Assembly (NCBI GenBank): GCA_020350785.1
Contig: CP070722.1
Span: forward strand, 1,668,611 to 1,732,610
Source of the DNA: Gemmatimonadota bacterium
GTDB lineage: Bacteria > Gemmatimonadota > Gemmatimonadetes > Palauibacterales > KS3-K002
Direction of reading: 5' to 3'
DNA length: 64,000 nt
Shown one piece after another: positions 46,148-55,690 of the stretch (the first letter of the stretch is position 1; every line of letters begins with the position of its first letter). The position numbers and the translations under genes were made by a program. The notes under the pieces are model-generated. The model was not told the DNA's origin and did no database searches. It saw only the letters and a list, made by a program, of their open reading frames with translations.

Positions 46148-47302
46148 TCAGCGCAATAGCATAGGAGGCACGGCTATCTGCTGAGGCAGCAGGCGGCCGA
46201 GAAACTCGCGCGTGCGCTCGATGCTGCCGTCGAGGCTGAGCGGATTGTGCGTCCCACCTTCGTAGAGGTAGGCCTCGAATTCCGGTTCGCCGCGCCCCAG
46301 GTCCGACATTACTTCGATCAGTCGCTCGGCCTCCCCGACCGGGACGGTGTCGTCATCGGTTCCATGGTGCACCTGCAGTTGGGTCAAGCTCGCGGCGAAG
46401 TAGACGGGAGAGCGCCGGAGTATCTCGGGGCGCACGTCGGCGATCGTCGTTTCACCGTTCTTGAGGGGCTGGATGTACTCCTGGTTGAGGAAATCGAGGC
46501 CGGGCAGGTCGCGGGGTGCTCCCAGGAGCGCCTCTTCCACGACTTCCTGAACGAAGGGGCCGAAGAAGTCGGTGGGGCCGAAAAACTCGACCACGAGGTC
46601 GATGCGCGGGTCACGCTCGGCCATGAGCAAGGCTACGCAGGCTCCGCGGCTGAAACCCAGAATACCTATTCGATCGGCATCCGCTTCCGCAGTCGTGGCG
46701 GCAACGACGTTGAGCAGGGCAAGAGCGTCATCGACGTCATAGTCCCAAGGGCTGGGCTCTCCCTCGGACGTATAGGTTACGCCCTGGTATCGGAGTGGCT
46801 CCGCACGAAACGAAGGCGCGACGAAGATCGACTTCCCGACGTCGGGTCCTAGGAAGATGGGAAGGAAGAATAGCAGATCATCGATATCCACGCCTCTGTC
46901 GCCGCCGTGCGTGTAAACCAGGATCGGGAGGCTGCCCGCCGCAGCTCCGTTGGGAACGAGGATCGCGCCGTAGTGTCGCACGCCGGCGACCGAATGCGAG
47001 ACGATCTGCAGCGTTGCAGCGACTCCCCCCAGGTCGAGTTGCTCGGTCAATACGACCTGGACGTCCTGGGCCGATACATCGCGGCCGTTCCAGTCCGCTT
47101 CGATGGCAGCGATCTCGGCTGGGCCGGGTTGGGCGAAAAGCTGGGTGAGGTTTACGCCCTCGACGATGCGGTCTTCAGGCCGAGTGGTTGAATCGTCACA
47201 GCCCGTCAGCGCCCCGAGGCTGAAGGCGCAACCGGCGACGGTCACCGCCTTGGCCAGGTGGCCGGCAGGTCGCAACGCGGCCTGGATACGTTCTGGAATC
47301 AA
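46148..47302 (-). CDS. Alpha/beta-hydrolase lipoprotein (S9/dienelactone-hydrolase-like)
   Basis: Lipobox LTGC. GFSRGA is the GxSxG nucleophile elbow. The late acidic and His residues (HHGTDDDTVP) fit an S9-type triad. Confidence 0.7.
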   Translation of the reverse strand: MIPERIQAALRPAGHLAKAVTVAGCAFSLGALTGCDDSTTRPEDRIVEGVNLTQLFAQPGPAEIAAIEADWNGRDVSAQDVQVVLTEQLDLGGVAATLQIVSHSVAGVRHYGAILVPNGAAAGSLPILVYTHGGDRGVDIDDLLFFLPIFLGPDVGKSIFVAPSFRAEPLRYQGVTYTSEGEPSPWDYDVDDALALLNVVAATTAEADADRIGILGFSRGACVALLMAERDPRIDLVVEFFGPTDFFGPFVQEVVEEALLGAPRDLPGLDFLNQEYIQPLKNGETTIADVRPEILRRSPVYFAASLTQLQVHHGTDDDTVPVGEAERLIEVMSDLGRGEPEFEAYLYEGGTHNPLSLDGSIERTREFLGRLLPQQIAVPPMLLR

Positions 47303-47491
47303 GCTTTACTCCTTCCCAGTGAGACGATCTTCGCGAATCCGTCTGTGGGCGCGACTCGTTCGCCGCAGCCGCGATCAAGAATACGACGAAGCGTGGTCGA
47401 ATGACCAGCCCTGCCACTGTTGATCGGCCGTTGATGGGAGCTCAACAGGATCGAGAGGCTGTGCGCGGCCCGCATAGAGGCCTTCTCGACT

Positions 47492-49834
47492 TTGACCAAG
47501 CGCCGACCGCCCAGACCGCGACCGCTCGCCCTTGCCGCTCTGGCTCTGGCAGGCGGGATCACGACCGGGTTGCAGGGAAGGAGCGAGCTTCTGGCTCCGG
47601 CTGCGGCCACGGCAGTCGGGCTCTGCCTGGCAGCGGTGCTTCTCGATCGGCGCGACTGGCTCCATGTCGCAGCGCTCTCGTGCGTCGCGGTCGGTGGACT
47701 GAGCATTGGCGCGGGGGCACAGGCGCGAAGCCGCACGGACTGCCGTGATACCTGGGAAGCCGGTGACCGGGTCCAGGTGATCGGGGTCGCGGTCAGCTTC
47801 CTGCCGGGTGGCGAGCAGGGGAGTGTGCGGTTGCAGCCATGGCCGGCGGCCTCGGGTGAGAGCTGCAGGTGGGACGGAAACCTGCGTATCTGGGCCGAGG
47901 GTCCCGTTCGGCCGGGAAGCAGCTACGAGGTGAGGGGGGTTTGGCAGCTCGCTCGCACTCCGGGCTCGGTCAAGCGCCGGCCCGAGCGACGCGGCTGGGT
48001 ATCAGCCTTCGACTTGACGGAGGTCGCGCCGGCCGAGCTTCGCAAGCACCCATTCCTGACGGTTCGGGGCACGCTGGCAGAGAAGTTATGGCGCGCCTAC
48101 CCGCGCCGCTGGGCGCCGCTGGCTGAGGCATTGGTGCTGGGTCAGCGCGAGACGCTAAGCCCGGAGATCCAGCAGCGCATCGCACGTGCGGGTCTGGCTC
48201 ACCTCCTCGCTATCTCCGGTCTCCATGTCGGCATGTTGGCGGCGGCCGCATTCGCTCTGGCGCGAATGGCCAGGGTGCCGGTGCACGCCAGTCGAGTCAT
48301 GACCCTCTTGGTGACGACGCTCTACGTCCTGCTGATCGGCGCTCCGGAGTCGGCGGTGCGCGCGGCATTGATCGTGGCACTGTGGGTGCTGGCGCGCCTG
48401 GCGGGGCGCGCCTCGTCGCCCTTCGATGCCTTGGGGCTGGCCGCGTTGACCCTGCTACTCATAAGGCCTTGGAGCGTTCTGGAACCCGGATTCCTGCTCT
48501 CTTTCGGGGGAGCGGCGGCTGTGAGTTACGCCTATCGCGAGGTGGTCGGTCAGGGGTGGCTTCGGGAGCGAGCGGCGCCGATCCGAGGCATCGCCGTGAG
48601 TCTGCTGACGAGCCTTGCCACCGTGTTGCTCGTCGCTCCTATTACGGCGACCTACTTCGGCCGCGTTACGCCGGCGGCGATAGTCGGTAACCTGTTTGCC
48701 GTTCCGCTCTTGGCCCTGGCGATGCCGGCTCTCTTCGCATCGGCCGTTCTTTCGCCGTGGCCGTCTCTGGCGTCGTGGCCTGCGGGAGCGGCCATCGTCC
48801 TTCTGCAAGGCATCGAGCTGCTGGCCGGCTTGCTGAGCCAGGTCGGCTGGGGCTCCTTCGAGGTGGCACGCCCCGGCGTCCTACCTGCGCTCACATATCT
48901 GGTGTTATTGGTGATGGGGGCCCACGCATTTCACGGTGCCTGGCAGCGACGCAGGTTCATTCTGGTTCTGGGGACCGCGATCGCGGTCTCAATGATGTGG
49001 CCTCCCCTTCAGCGACTGTCCGCTCCGGACGGACTGACGATCTACGTGTTCGACGTGGGACAGGGTGACGCGATCGCGATTGCGACGCCAAAGCGCCACT
49101 GGCTGTTAGTGGACGCCGGCACGAAGTTCCGCGACTTCGATGCCGGAGCCCGGCGCGTCCTGCCGGCCCTAAGGGAGCAAGGCGCCGGGCGACTCGTCGC
49201 CTGGCTGGCCAGCCACCCCGATCTGGACCATGTGGGCGGGGCACCGTCCGTCTTCGACGCCTTGACGGTCGACCGGGTCATCGGATCCGGCAAGCTGACC
49301 GGTCAGGCCGGGCAGCTTGCAGTGCTGCGCTGGCTGGCCGACCGAGAGGTTCCCTGGCTTTGGGCTGACGAAGGGACGCGCCTGTCGGTGGACGAGGTGG
49401 ACCTGGTTTTCCTACACCCCGAGAAGAACTCGCTGGCCTCGGCGCTGGAGAGCGCGCCCAACGAATTCAGTTTGGTATTCCTACTCGAGTTCGGTGAATT
49501 TCGCATGCTATTCACCGGTGATGTGCCCGGGGCGGTCGAGGATCGCTTGAGCCGCGAGCGTCCCGAGCTGCTGAAGGCGCAGGTGCTCAAGGTCTCTCAT
49601 CACGGGAGCTCCAGCTCCACGTCGCGTCTGTTCCTATCGACGGTCCAGCCCGAGCTTGCGGTCATCTCCGTGGGCCGCGGTAATCGCTACGGTCATCCTT
49701 CGCCGCAAGTGCTCGCCCGCCTGCTGGCACGCAACATCGCGGTCAGGCGCACCGATCGCGACGGTACTCTGGTGATCGAGGCCAAACGCGATGGTAAATG
49801 GCGTGTGCGCTCGGCCGCCGAGGGCTACTGGTGA
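47492..49834 (+). CDS. comEC: DNA internalisation-related competence protein ComEC/Rec2
   Basis: Multi-TM competence domain plus a C-terminal metallo-beta-lactamase domain (VFDVGQGDAIAI...HPDLDHVGG...KVSHHGS). TTG start; an earlier start is possible. Confidence 0.85.
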   Translation: MTKRRPPRPRPLALAALALAGGITTGLQGRSELLAPAAATAVGLCLAAVLLDRRDWLHVAALSCVAVGGLSIGAGAQARSRTDCRDTWEAGDRVQVIGVAVSFLPGGEQGSVRLQPWPAASGESCRWDGNLRIWAEGPVRPGSSYEVRGVWQLARTPGSVKRRPERRGWVSAFDLTEVAPAELRKHPFLTVRGTLAEKLWRAYPRRWAPLAEALVLGQRETLSPEIQQRIARAGLAHLLAISGLHVGMLAAAAFALARMARVPVHASRVMTLLVTTLYVLLIGAPESAVRAALIVALWVLARLAGRASSPFDALGLAALTLLLIRPWSVLEPGFLLSFGGAAAVSYAYREVVGQGWLRERAAPIRGIAVSLLTSLATVLLVAPITATYFGRVTPAAIVGNLFAVPLLALAMPALFASAVLSPWPSLASWPAGAAIVLLQGIELLAGLLSQVGWGSFEVARPGVLPALTYLVLLVMGAHAFHGAWQRRRFILVLGTAIAVSMMWPPLQRLSAPDGLTIYVFDVGQGDAIAIATPKRHWLLVDAGTKFRDFDAGARRVLPALREQGAGRLVAWLASHPDLDHVGGAPSVFDALTVDRVIGSGKLTGQAGQLAVLRWLADREVPWLWADEGTRLSVDEVDLVFLHPEKNSLASALESAPNEFSLVFLLEFGEFRMLFTGDVPGAVEDRLSRERPELLKAQVLKVSHHGSSSSTSRLFLSTVQPELAVISVGRGNRYGHPSPQVLARLLARNIAVRRTDRDGTLVIEAKRDGKWRVRSAAEGYW

Positions 49835-49914
49835 GACCTTGACCCGGCTGGCGGTGGATCTATCCTTCCGGTTGCAGTCGAGGTGGAGACGAGAGGCCCT
49901 GACGCCCGGCGCGG

Positions 49915-50988
49915 ATGACGACGCTCCTACCCACACGCTACGCTGAGAGATCGAACTCCACCTTCTTCGAGGTGGCTGACCTGCTCGTTACCATCGACTA
50001 CCGGGTCGTCAGGCGTAAGAGCCTTCTGCTGATGCCGGGCCCGCCGTCGGCGCGCCTCCTGGTGACGATTGCGGAGACCCAGAGGCTTGCCCACGAGTAT
50101 CGGATGCCGAAAGCCCGACGCGTGGGCGGCGAGATCAGTCGAATCGAGCGAGGTTTGTACGCCTTCCTGGATGAAGTGGTCCGTAGCGCGGTGCAGATGA
50201 AAGCGCTGGAGAGCGCCGAGCGAGCGGTTGAGGAGTTGGAGTCAGACCACCTGTATGGAGCGGCCGAGCTGGCCCCAGCCGAGCGGGCATCTGGTCTGAG
50301 CGATGACCGGTTCGAGCAGGCCCCTTTCGTCGGGGAGCTGGTCGATAAGCTCGTAACTGCGTTTCGGCTTCTTACAAATGTCACCTCCTTGACTCGTGAA
50401 GGGCTCGAGGCCTACCAGGGCGATCGCAGTGCGGCGCTGGAAAAGGTGGTCGAATCAGCCTCACTGACATCAGCTCTCCGCGTTCAAAGCCTCGTTCAGG
50501 CGGTCGAAGCATTTCTTCATCACGAGGTCGACGCCACGACGGACGTCAAAGTGCTACGTGAAAGGACACTCGATTATCTGGCCGAGGTGAGGCGTAGAAG
50601 CGACGTCGCGGCGGTGATCAGTGATGAGCAGGCTCACGTGATCGTTAATGACTTCGTTCCGGCGTACTTGAAGCTCAGAAAGCGATATGATGCGGCAGCG
50701 GAGGCGCCGCACAATCTGGTGGAACACGCGCTGGGCAGCTTTTTCGGCGGAGGCATCGCAGGATATCTCGTGATCTCTCTGTTCGGGGAGGCCGTCATCA
50801 GGAACCTGACGGGCATGTATGTTGACCTCCCCGGCTGGTATCTCGGGGCGGCGGTCGCCTTTGCCTGGCCGTACCTGAAGGGGGCCGTCGGGCTTCTCAC
50901 CCGCGACAAGAAGCTCGACCGGGAGCGCGAGGCGCTCCTTAAGAGGATCAACGCCCGGCTGAGGTTGATGTGGCCGGAGGAGAACTGA
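49915..50988 (+). CDS. Hypothetical protein with C-terminal TM pair
   Basis: 357 aa, largely helical, with hydrophobic C-terminal segments (FFGGGIAGYLVISLFG; LGAAVAFAWPYL). No family recognised. Confidence 0.4.
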   Translation: MTTLLPTRYAERSNSTFFEVADLLVTIDYRVVRRKSLLLMPGPPSARLLVTIAETQRLAHEYRMPKARRVGGEISRIERGLYAFLDEVVRSAVQMKALESAERAVEELESDHLYGAAELAPAERASGLSDDRFEQAPFVGELVDKLVTAFRLLTNVTSLTREGLEAYQGDRSAALEKVVESASLTSALRVQSLVQAVEAFLHHEVDATTDVKVLRERTLDYLAEVRRRSDVAAVISDEQAHVIVNDFVPAYLKLRKRYDAAAEAPHNLVEHALGSFFGGGIAGYLVISLFGEAVIRNLTGMYVDLPGWYLGAAVAFAWPYLKGAVGLLTRDKKLDREREALLKRINARLRLMWPEEN

Positions 50989-51030
50989 ATCCGTTGACAG
51001 GCGGGCAAACGATCAGCAGCAACCGGTGAG

Positions 51031-51633
51031 TTGGAAATCATGGCCTGGATAGAAGAGGTCGTACCGGAAAAGGCGACGGGCTTGCTCAAGAGGCTATATG
51101 GCGACGCCATCAAGCGGGCGGGCAGGGTCTGGGGGATCGTGAGGATCATGAGCTTGAATCCACCGGCCATGCGGGACAGCATGCGGTTCTACACCACGGT
51201 CATGCATGGCGATTCACCGCTCAGTCGCAGACAGCGCGAGTTTCTGGCGACAGTAGTCTCCGTCGAGCTCGATTGCCGCTATTGAACTCAGGCGCATGCG
51301 CACGACCTCCGGGAAGAGGTCGCAGCCGAGTTCAGCGATCGCGCCCAGGCGGACGCCTTCGTGCTCGCTGTGGTCCGGGATTGGCGCAGCGCGCCTATCG
51401 ATGCTGCGGACCGAGCGTTGGGTGCGTTTGCGGTCAAGCTTACCAGCCGCAGCCATGAGTGCGGGGCTGACGACATCGAGACGTTGAGGCGGAACGGGTT
51501 CAGCGATCGAGCCATCCACGATGCGGTTCAGGTTATCGCCTACTTCAACTACATCACCCGGATCGCTGACGCGCTTGGGGTCGAGCCGGAGAGCTTCATA
51601 CAGGATTGGGGGGGAGCCATGTCTGAGCGTTGA
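51031..51633 (+). CDS. CMD/AhpD-family (carboxymuconolactone decarboxylase-like) protein with in-frame TGA at 51283-51285. This is either a selenocysteine-containing candidate or a nonsense-interrupted pseudogene.
   Basis: ORFs 51031-51285 and 51361-51633 are in the same frame, separated only by one TGA. The joined translation reads ...LSRRQREFLATVVSVELDCRY[TGA]TQAHAHDLREE...DAVQVIAYFNYITRIADALGVE, which matches the AhpD/CMD core. The TGA falls exactly on the second Cys of the catalytic C-x-x-C-x-x-x-H motif (C-R-Y-U-T-Q-A-H). Confidence 0.6.
51303..51322 (+). promoter_or_regulatory. Candidate bacterial SECIS-like hairpin downstream of the in-frame TGA
   Basis: CGACCTC-cgggaa-GAGGTCG is a perfect 7-bp stem with a 6-nt loop containing GG. 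It starts 18 nt 3' of the TGA, which is about where bacterial SECIS elements sit. Confidence 0.3.
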
Positions 51634-51663
51634 GCGCTGGGTGAGCGCATGGCCGTGCGGTGC

Positions 51664-52731
51664 CTAGGGTCCCTCGCTGTCCACGTATACGATCCCCAAC
51701 GTGAAGGCGCCGGCCTCAGCCGTCCAAACCGGCTCCATTGTCTCGAGATCGATCGCCACCACTCCGCCGGAACTGCCTACGTCTCCCTCGTAAGTCACAT
51801 AGGCCAGCTTGCCGCCTTTCCCGAGGGCTACGCCGTGGGGATGAGGGCGGCCGATGTCGATACGGGCCCGCTCTTGTAGCTCGGGGAGCCGTAGAATCGA
51901 CACCGAAGCGTCATTACGATTTGCGGTCACCAGCGTTCGGCCGTTGTCGGCGATCGCGATCTGCGCGGGCCCGGGCCCGACCGCCGCGACACCCAGCGGT
52001 TCACCCTGAATGCTGAAGGCGCGAATCTCGCCGGCGGCGTGAAGCGCGACGTAGAGCGTCGCTCCGTCGGGCGACCAGACGAGATTGAGTGGCTTGAAGC
52101 GCGGCAGGCCGGCGGGCCCCGGCAGCGTGTCGACAAAAAAGCGATCGACTTGACCTAGCGAAGCCACATCGAGCACCACGACCTCATCACTCATGCTGCA
52201 AGCGACTGCAACGAGCTCTCCCGATGGTTGGACCTGAGCGTCGTGCGGGGCAGGGCAGAGGGTGGGGCGTGCCACGATCGACAGATCACTGAGGTTGACG
52301 ACCGCCATCGCGCTCGGCCGGCCCTGGCCGCTGCGGTAATAATCGGGGATGAACCCACGGCTGCCGTCCGGCGTCACACCGATACGGGCTGCGCCCTTGG
52401 TGCCAAGTCCGACCCGACCGACCAGGCGGTCTCCAGGCCGCTCGAATTTCCAGAGTGTCGGTTCGCCGTGCGACAAAGTGGCGTACCAGTGGCGGCCGTC
52501 GGGGGCCACGACGATCCCGTGGGGCCCATCGATTTCATCTCGGCGACGCTCGAGGGAGAAGCTGCCGGTGATTCGCCCGTCTCGGGGGTCGAGCTGCAGA
52601 ACCTCGTCCGTTGCACCTGACGTAACGTAGAGGCGCGCCTCGAACGATTCTCCGCCTCCCTGGTTAGACGAGCCGCAGGCGTGCAGCGTGACTGCTATCA
52701 GCAAGCCTGTGTATCTAAAGCGTGGACGCAC
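51664..52731 (-). CDS. YVTN-family beta-propeller lipoprotein
   Basis: Signal/lipobox LHAC. Repeated ~40-aa units (G.ITGSF...GPHGIVVAPDGRHWYATL; ARIGVTPDGSRGFI; LNLVWSPDGATLYVAL; IAIADNGRTLVTANR; PHGVALGKGGKLAYVT) are typical YVTN propeller blades. Confidence 0.6.
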   Translation of the reverse strand: MRPRFRYTGLLIAVTLHACGSSNQGGGESFEARLYVTSGATDEVLQLDPRDGRITGSFSLERRRDEIDGPHGIVVAPDGRHWYATLSHGEPTLWKFERPGDRLVGRVGLGTKGAARIGVTPDGSRGFIPDYYRSGQGRPSAMAVVNLSDLSIVARPTLCPAPHDAQVQPSGELVAVACSMSDEVVVLDVASLGQVDRFFVDTLPGPAGLPRFKPLNLVWSPDGATLYVALHAAGEIRAFSIQGEPLGVAAVGPGPAQIAIADNGRTLVTANRNDASVSILRLPELQERARIDIGRPHPHGVALGKGGKLAYVTYEGDVGSSGGVVAIDLETMEPVWTAEAGAFTLGIVYVDSEGP

Positions 52732-52751
52732 GTCGGAAACTCAACGCGAAC

Positions 52752-54521
52752 TCAAAAGCCCGGCCGCAGAATCCACAGTCCGCTGTTGAGATCCGATGCG
52801 AAGACCCTATCGCTGTGAAGCTGCGGTGCCCACGTGCAGGTGGCCGAGCTGACCTGGCAGCCGGAGCCCTGAGCGTAGAGGACACTGGCGATCTCGCGGC
52901 CTTGCCTCTCCAGTTCGCCAAGCAACGCACCGCTGACGTCCAGGGCGCGGATACCGTTCTCGTACCAGGCCGCGTAAAGGATCGCCCGCTCCTCGTCCAG
53001 CCAGAAATTGTGCGGCGTCGCGCCCGGTACACGGAACGTCGCTACTTCACGGGGCTTCCTGAGGTCGCTGGCATCGACGATGTGCATCAAACCCGGCGTA
53101 CCGAAGTCCTCCTCGCCGACGAAGACGTAGCCGGTAGTCGGCCAGTACCAGGCGTTGTGGACTTGGCCGCCGGCCGTCTGGATTCGGCTCACCTCCACCG
53201 GTCGGGTAGGCGAGCCGCCGGCGATGCCGTTGCCCACGTCGAGGATCACGAGGCCTGCGTCCCAGTGAGACAAAAAAGCGAGACCGTCTCGGACGTAGAC
53301 GTCGTGGAGGAAACTCGACCCGGCATAGAAGCCGGCCACCTGACGCGGCGTGGCAGGGTCGGATATGTCGAGGATCCGCAAACCATTGCCCAGCCCATCG
53401 ACAACGACGTAGACGTAGTCGCCGGCAACCCACACGTTGTGAACACCCGACTCGAGACCCGTCGTGAAGCGTGTGATTACGGTCGGGTGAGCCGGATCGC
53501 TCAGGTCCAGAAGGGTGATACCATTCTGTGCGTCGTTGGATAGTTCGTGCGTGATCACCGCGATCGCACCGTCCTCCCGGACTTTCACGTCGTTCACGAC
53601 GCGGGCGTCCACCCGCACCGAATCAACGAGAGCCGGAGAGTTGGACGAGCCGAGGTGCCAAACATGCAGCCGGTCGCCGCAGCGGCCGTTCCGGCATGAC
53701 CAGGTGCCCGTGTAAGCGAATAGGCCCAGTGCGGGGAAATCGTGAACCCAAAGATCCGACGTGAAGCGCGCGCTGACCGAGCCTTGACCGATAACGCTGA
53801 AGCTGCCGGACAGCGCGCGAGCTTCAATGATCATGTCCAGAGTGTCCGCGGCATCGGATGCCGACGCGATGATCCGGGCCGTGCCGGGCGCGTAGCCCAC
53901 AAACCCCCCGGCTCCTGTGATCAGGCCAGCCGCCGCGGGTGAAACCGACCAGGCGAGGGTGGGATCGCTGACCTCGGTTCCCGTGGAGTCCCGCACCACG
54001 GCCGAGTAGGTGACCACATCCCCCTGCCGCGCGACGTCAGGCCCCGCGATCTGCAGCGAGCGTCCGCTACCTGGCGGCGCCGGCGGGCTCACGCTGAAGT
54101 CGATCGCCAACGCCGCAATCGATTCTCCTGCCAGGCGCGCCTCCAGCGATCCCTCGTACGAGCCGGCAGCCGGCGCCGAGTCGAGGATGATCGACAGCGC
54201 AACCGTCGCGCTGGCGCCGGGGTTCAAAGTCGGAATCTCAGCCGGAACCGCCTGTAGCTGGGCCCCGACGACGGGGCTTCCTTCTCTAAGGATCTGGCCC
54301 GAGATCAGCTGAATCGGGCCGACCGCCTGGGTTCCGCGGTTATCGATCGCGACCGTCGTGGATCGGTCGGCGCCGAGATTAACCAGAGCGGGAACGAAGG
54401 CCAGGTTGACGACGCCCGGCCCCGGGTCCGGATCCGTCGGGTCGCTGCCTCCGCAGCCCAGCGTGGCCGAGGCGGCCAGGAGGGCGGCGGAAAGAAGAAG
54501 GCCATGGGAACAGCTTGTCAT
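52752..54521 (-). CDS. LVIVD-repeat beta-propeller lipoprotein
   Basis: Lipobox (LLLSAALLAASATLGCGG) when started at ATG 54521. Repeated V...D.A...D.GL.ILD.S.P blades (GLRILDISDPATP, GLVILDVGNG, GIRALDVSG) are characteristic of LVIVD repeats. The ORF itself extends to 54596. Confidence 0.6.
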   Translation of the reverse strand: MTSCSHGLLLSAALLAASATLGCGGSDPTDPDPGPGVVNLAFVPALVNLGADRSTTVAIDNRGTQAVGPIQLISGQILREGSPVVGAQLQAVPAEIPTLNPGASATVALSIILDSAPAAGSYEGSLEARLAGESIAALAIDFSVSPPAPPGSGRSLQIAGPDVARQGDVVTYSAVVRDSTGTEVSDPTLAWSVSPAAAGLITGAGGFVGYAPGTARIIASASDAADTLDMIIEARALSGSFSVIGQGSVSARFTSDLWVHDFPALGLFAYTGTWSCRNGRCGDRLHVWHLGSSNSPALVDSVRVDARVVNDVKVREDGAIAVITHELSNDAQNGITLLDLSDPAHPTVITRFTTGLESGVHNVWVAGDYVYVVVDGLGNGLRILDISDPATPRQVAGFYAGSSFLHDVYVRDGLAFLSHWDAGLVILDVGNGIAGGSPTRPVEVSRIQTAGGQVHNAWYWPTTGYVFVGEEDFGTPGLMHIVDASDLRKPREVATFRVPGATPHNFWLDEERAILYAAWYENGIRALDVSGALLGELERQGREIASVLYAQGSGCQVSSATCTWAPQLHSDRVFASDLNSGLWILRPGF

Positions 54522-54856
54522 CGCGTCATCTCGTCGGCAGGGCGTGTTCGACCCCTGGGTGGCTTCAGATTCAAGTAGGTTGCCAGGCCGTAACACTACT
54601 CATAACAATTATCGGCTGTAAAGTGTGCCAGTCCAACGGCGCGGCGCGCTCCCGGCGTCCAATCCCAAGAGGCTCGAGCCGTCGCCCGGAGTCGAGTCCC
54701 GCGGCTCGCGCTTGGGGCGCCGATTCAGCGGACCGATTTTCCATCGAAACGCCTGCGGATCGGCGGTGTACGGAGTGAACCCGGACCCAGCGCTGGAGAC
54801 GATCGAGAGCATCGACTCGAGCGATCTTGAAACGACCCTTCGCCTCGGAGTAACGG

Positions 54857-55690
54857 TTGCCGGCGATTCGCATCGGCCCTGCAGGACTGGGTGTCATGGC
54901 TGTGGCTTCCCTGGTGACGGGCGCAGTAGCCTTGCGGGGCGTCGAAACGGCTATCGCGGTCCGTGACGTCGCCGGGAGGCAGCCGGGCCTGCCGGCGCCA
55001 CCCCCAGATGATTCGGTACGGCGAGTACCGGCGGGCTGGGAGTTCTATTTCACCAGGGCCGTCTACAGCGGCTACCGGAGGGGCGCGCTCGTCAGTTGGA
55101 GTGTCGATTTTCCGAAGGCGGACCGCCAGTTCTTGATCGGGCTGCAGCGACTGACGACGATCGAGGCCTATGCGCGCGAGAACCCGGTGAGGTTGGATGA
55201 TCCCGGACTCCGGCGGTTCCCGTTTCTCTATGCGCTCGAGGTAGGCTACATGTCGTTGAGCCGGGCCGAGGTGGAGGGCCTACGCGACTATCTTCTGGCT
55301 GGCGGATTCCTGGTGATCGATGACTTCTGGGGGTCCCTGGAATGGGAGAATTTCGAGTCGGAGATGCGCCGTGTGCTGCCGGAGCATCGGATCGTCGATC
55401 TCGGCCCCGATCATCCCGTGCTGAGCGTCTTCTACGAGATCGATGAGCTGGTCCAAGTTCCGAACGTGGGGCAGGGGCGCATGGGAGGGCCGACCTGGGA
55501 GCGGGACGGCTTCGTGCCGGCCTTGAAGGGCATCTTCGACGACGATGGGCGACTGATGGTGGCAATCAACTGGAACACCGACTTGGGGGATGCTTGGGAG
55601 TGGGCGGATCATCCTTACTATCCGCTCAAGTACTCGACCTTCGCTTACGAGCTGGGGATAAACTTGATCATCTACGCGATGAGTCACTGA
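54857..55690 (+). CDS. DUF4159 domain protein (secreted)
   Basis: Signal-like N-terminus. GGFLVIDDFWG...NFESEMRRVLPE...HPVLSVFYEID...GLINLIIYAMSH is the DUF4159 pattern and is paralogous to gene 61622-62416. Confidence 0.7.
   Translation: MPAIRIGPAGLGVMAVASLVTGAVALRGVETAIAVRDVAGRQPGLPAPPPDDSVRRVPAGWEFYFTRAVYSGYRRGALVSWSVDFPKADRQFLIGLQRLTTIEAYARENPVRLDDPGLRRFPFLYALEVGYMSLSRAEVEGLRDYLLAGGFLVIDDFWGSLEWENFESEMRRVLPEHRIVDLGPDHPVLSVFYEIDELVQVPNVGQGRMGGPTWERDGFVPALKGIFDDDGRLMVAINWNTDLGDAWEWADHPYYPLKYSTFAYELGINLIIYAMSH

Noticed and set aside
51283-51285. Reading the in-frame TGA in the CMD gene simply as a nonsense or sequencing error (pseudogene)
   Set aside because: Not fully rejected. It is deprioritised because the stop replaces exactly the catalytic Cys of C-x-x-C-x-x-x-H and is followed by a well-placed hairpin. 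It remains a live alternative if no sel genes exist.
52722-53543. 273-aa plus-strand ORF inside the LVIVD propeller gene
   Set aside because: The minus-strand protein has a lipobox plus repeated LVIVD blades; the plus ORF is featureless.
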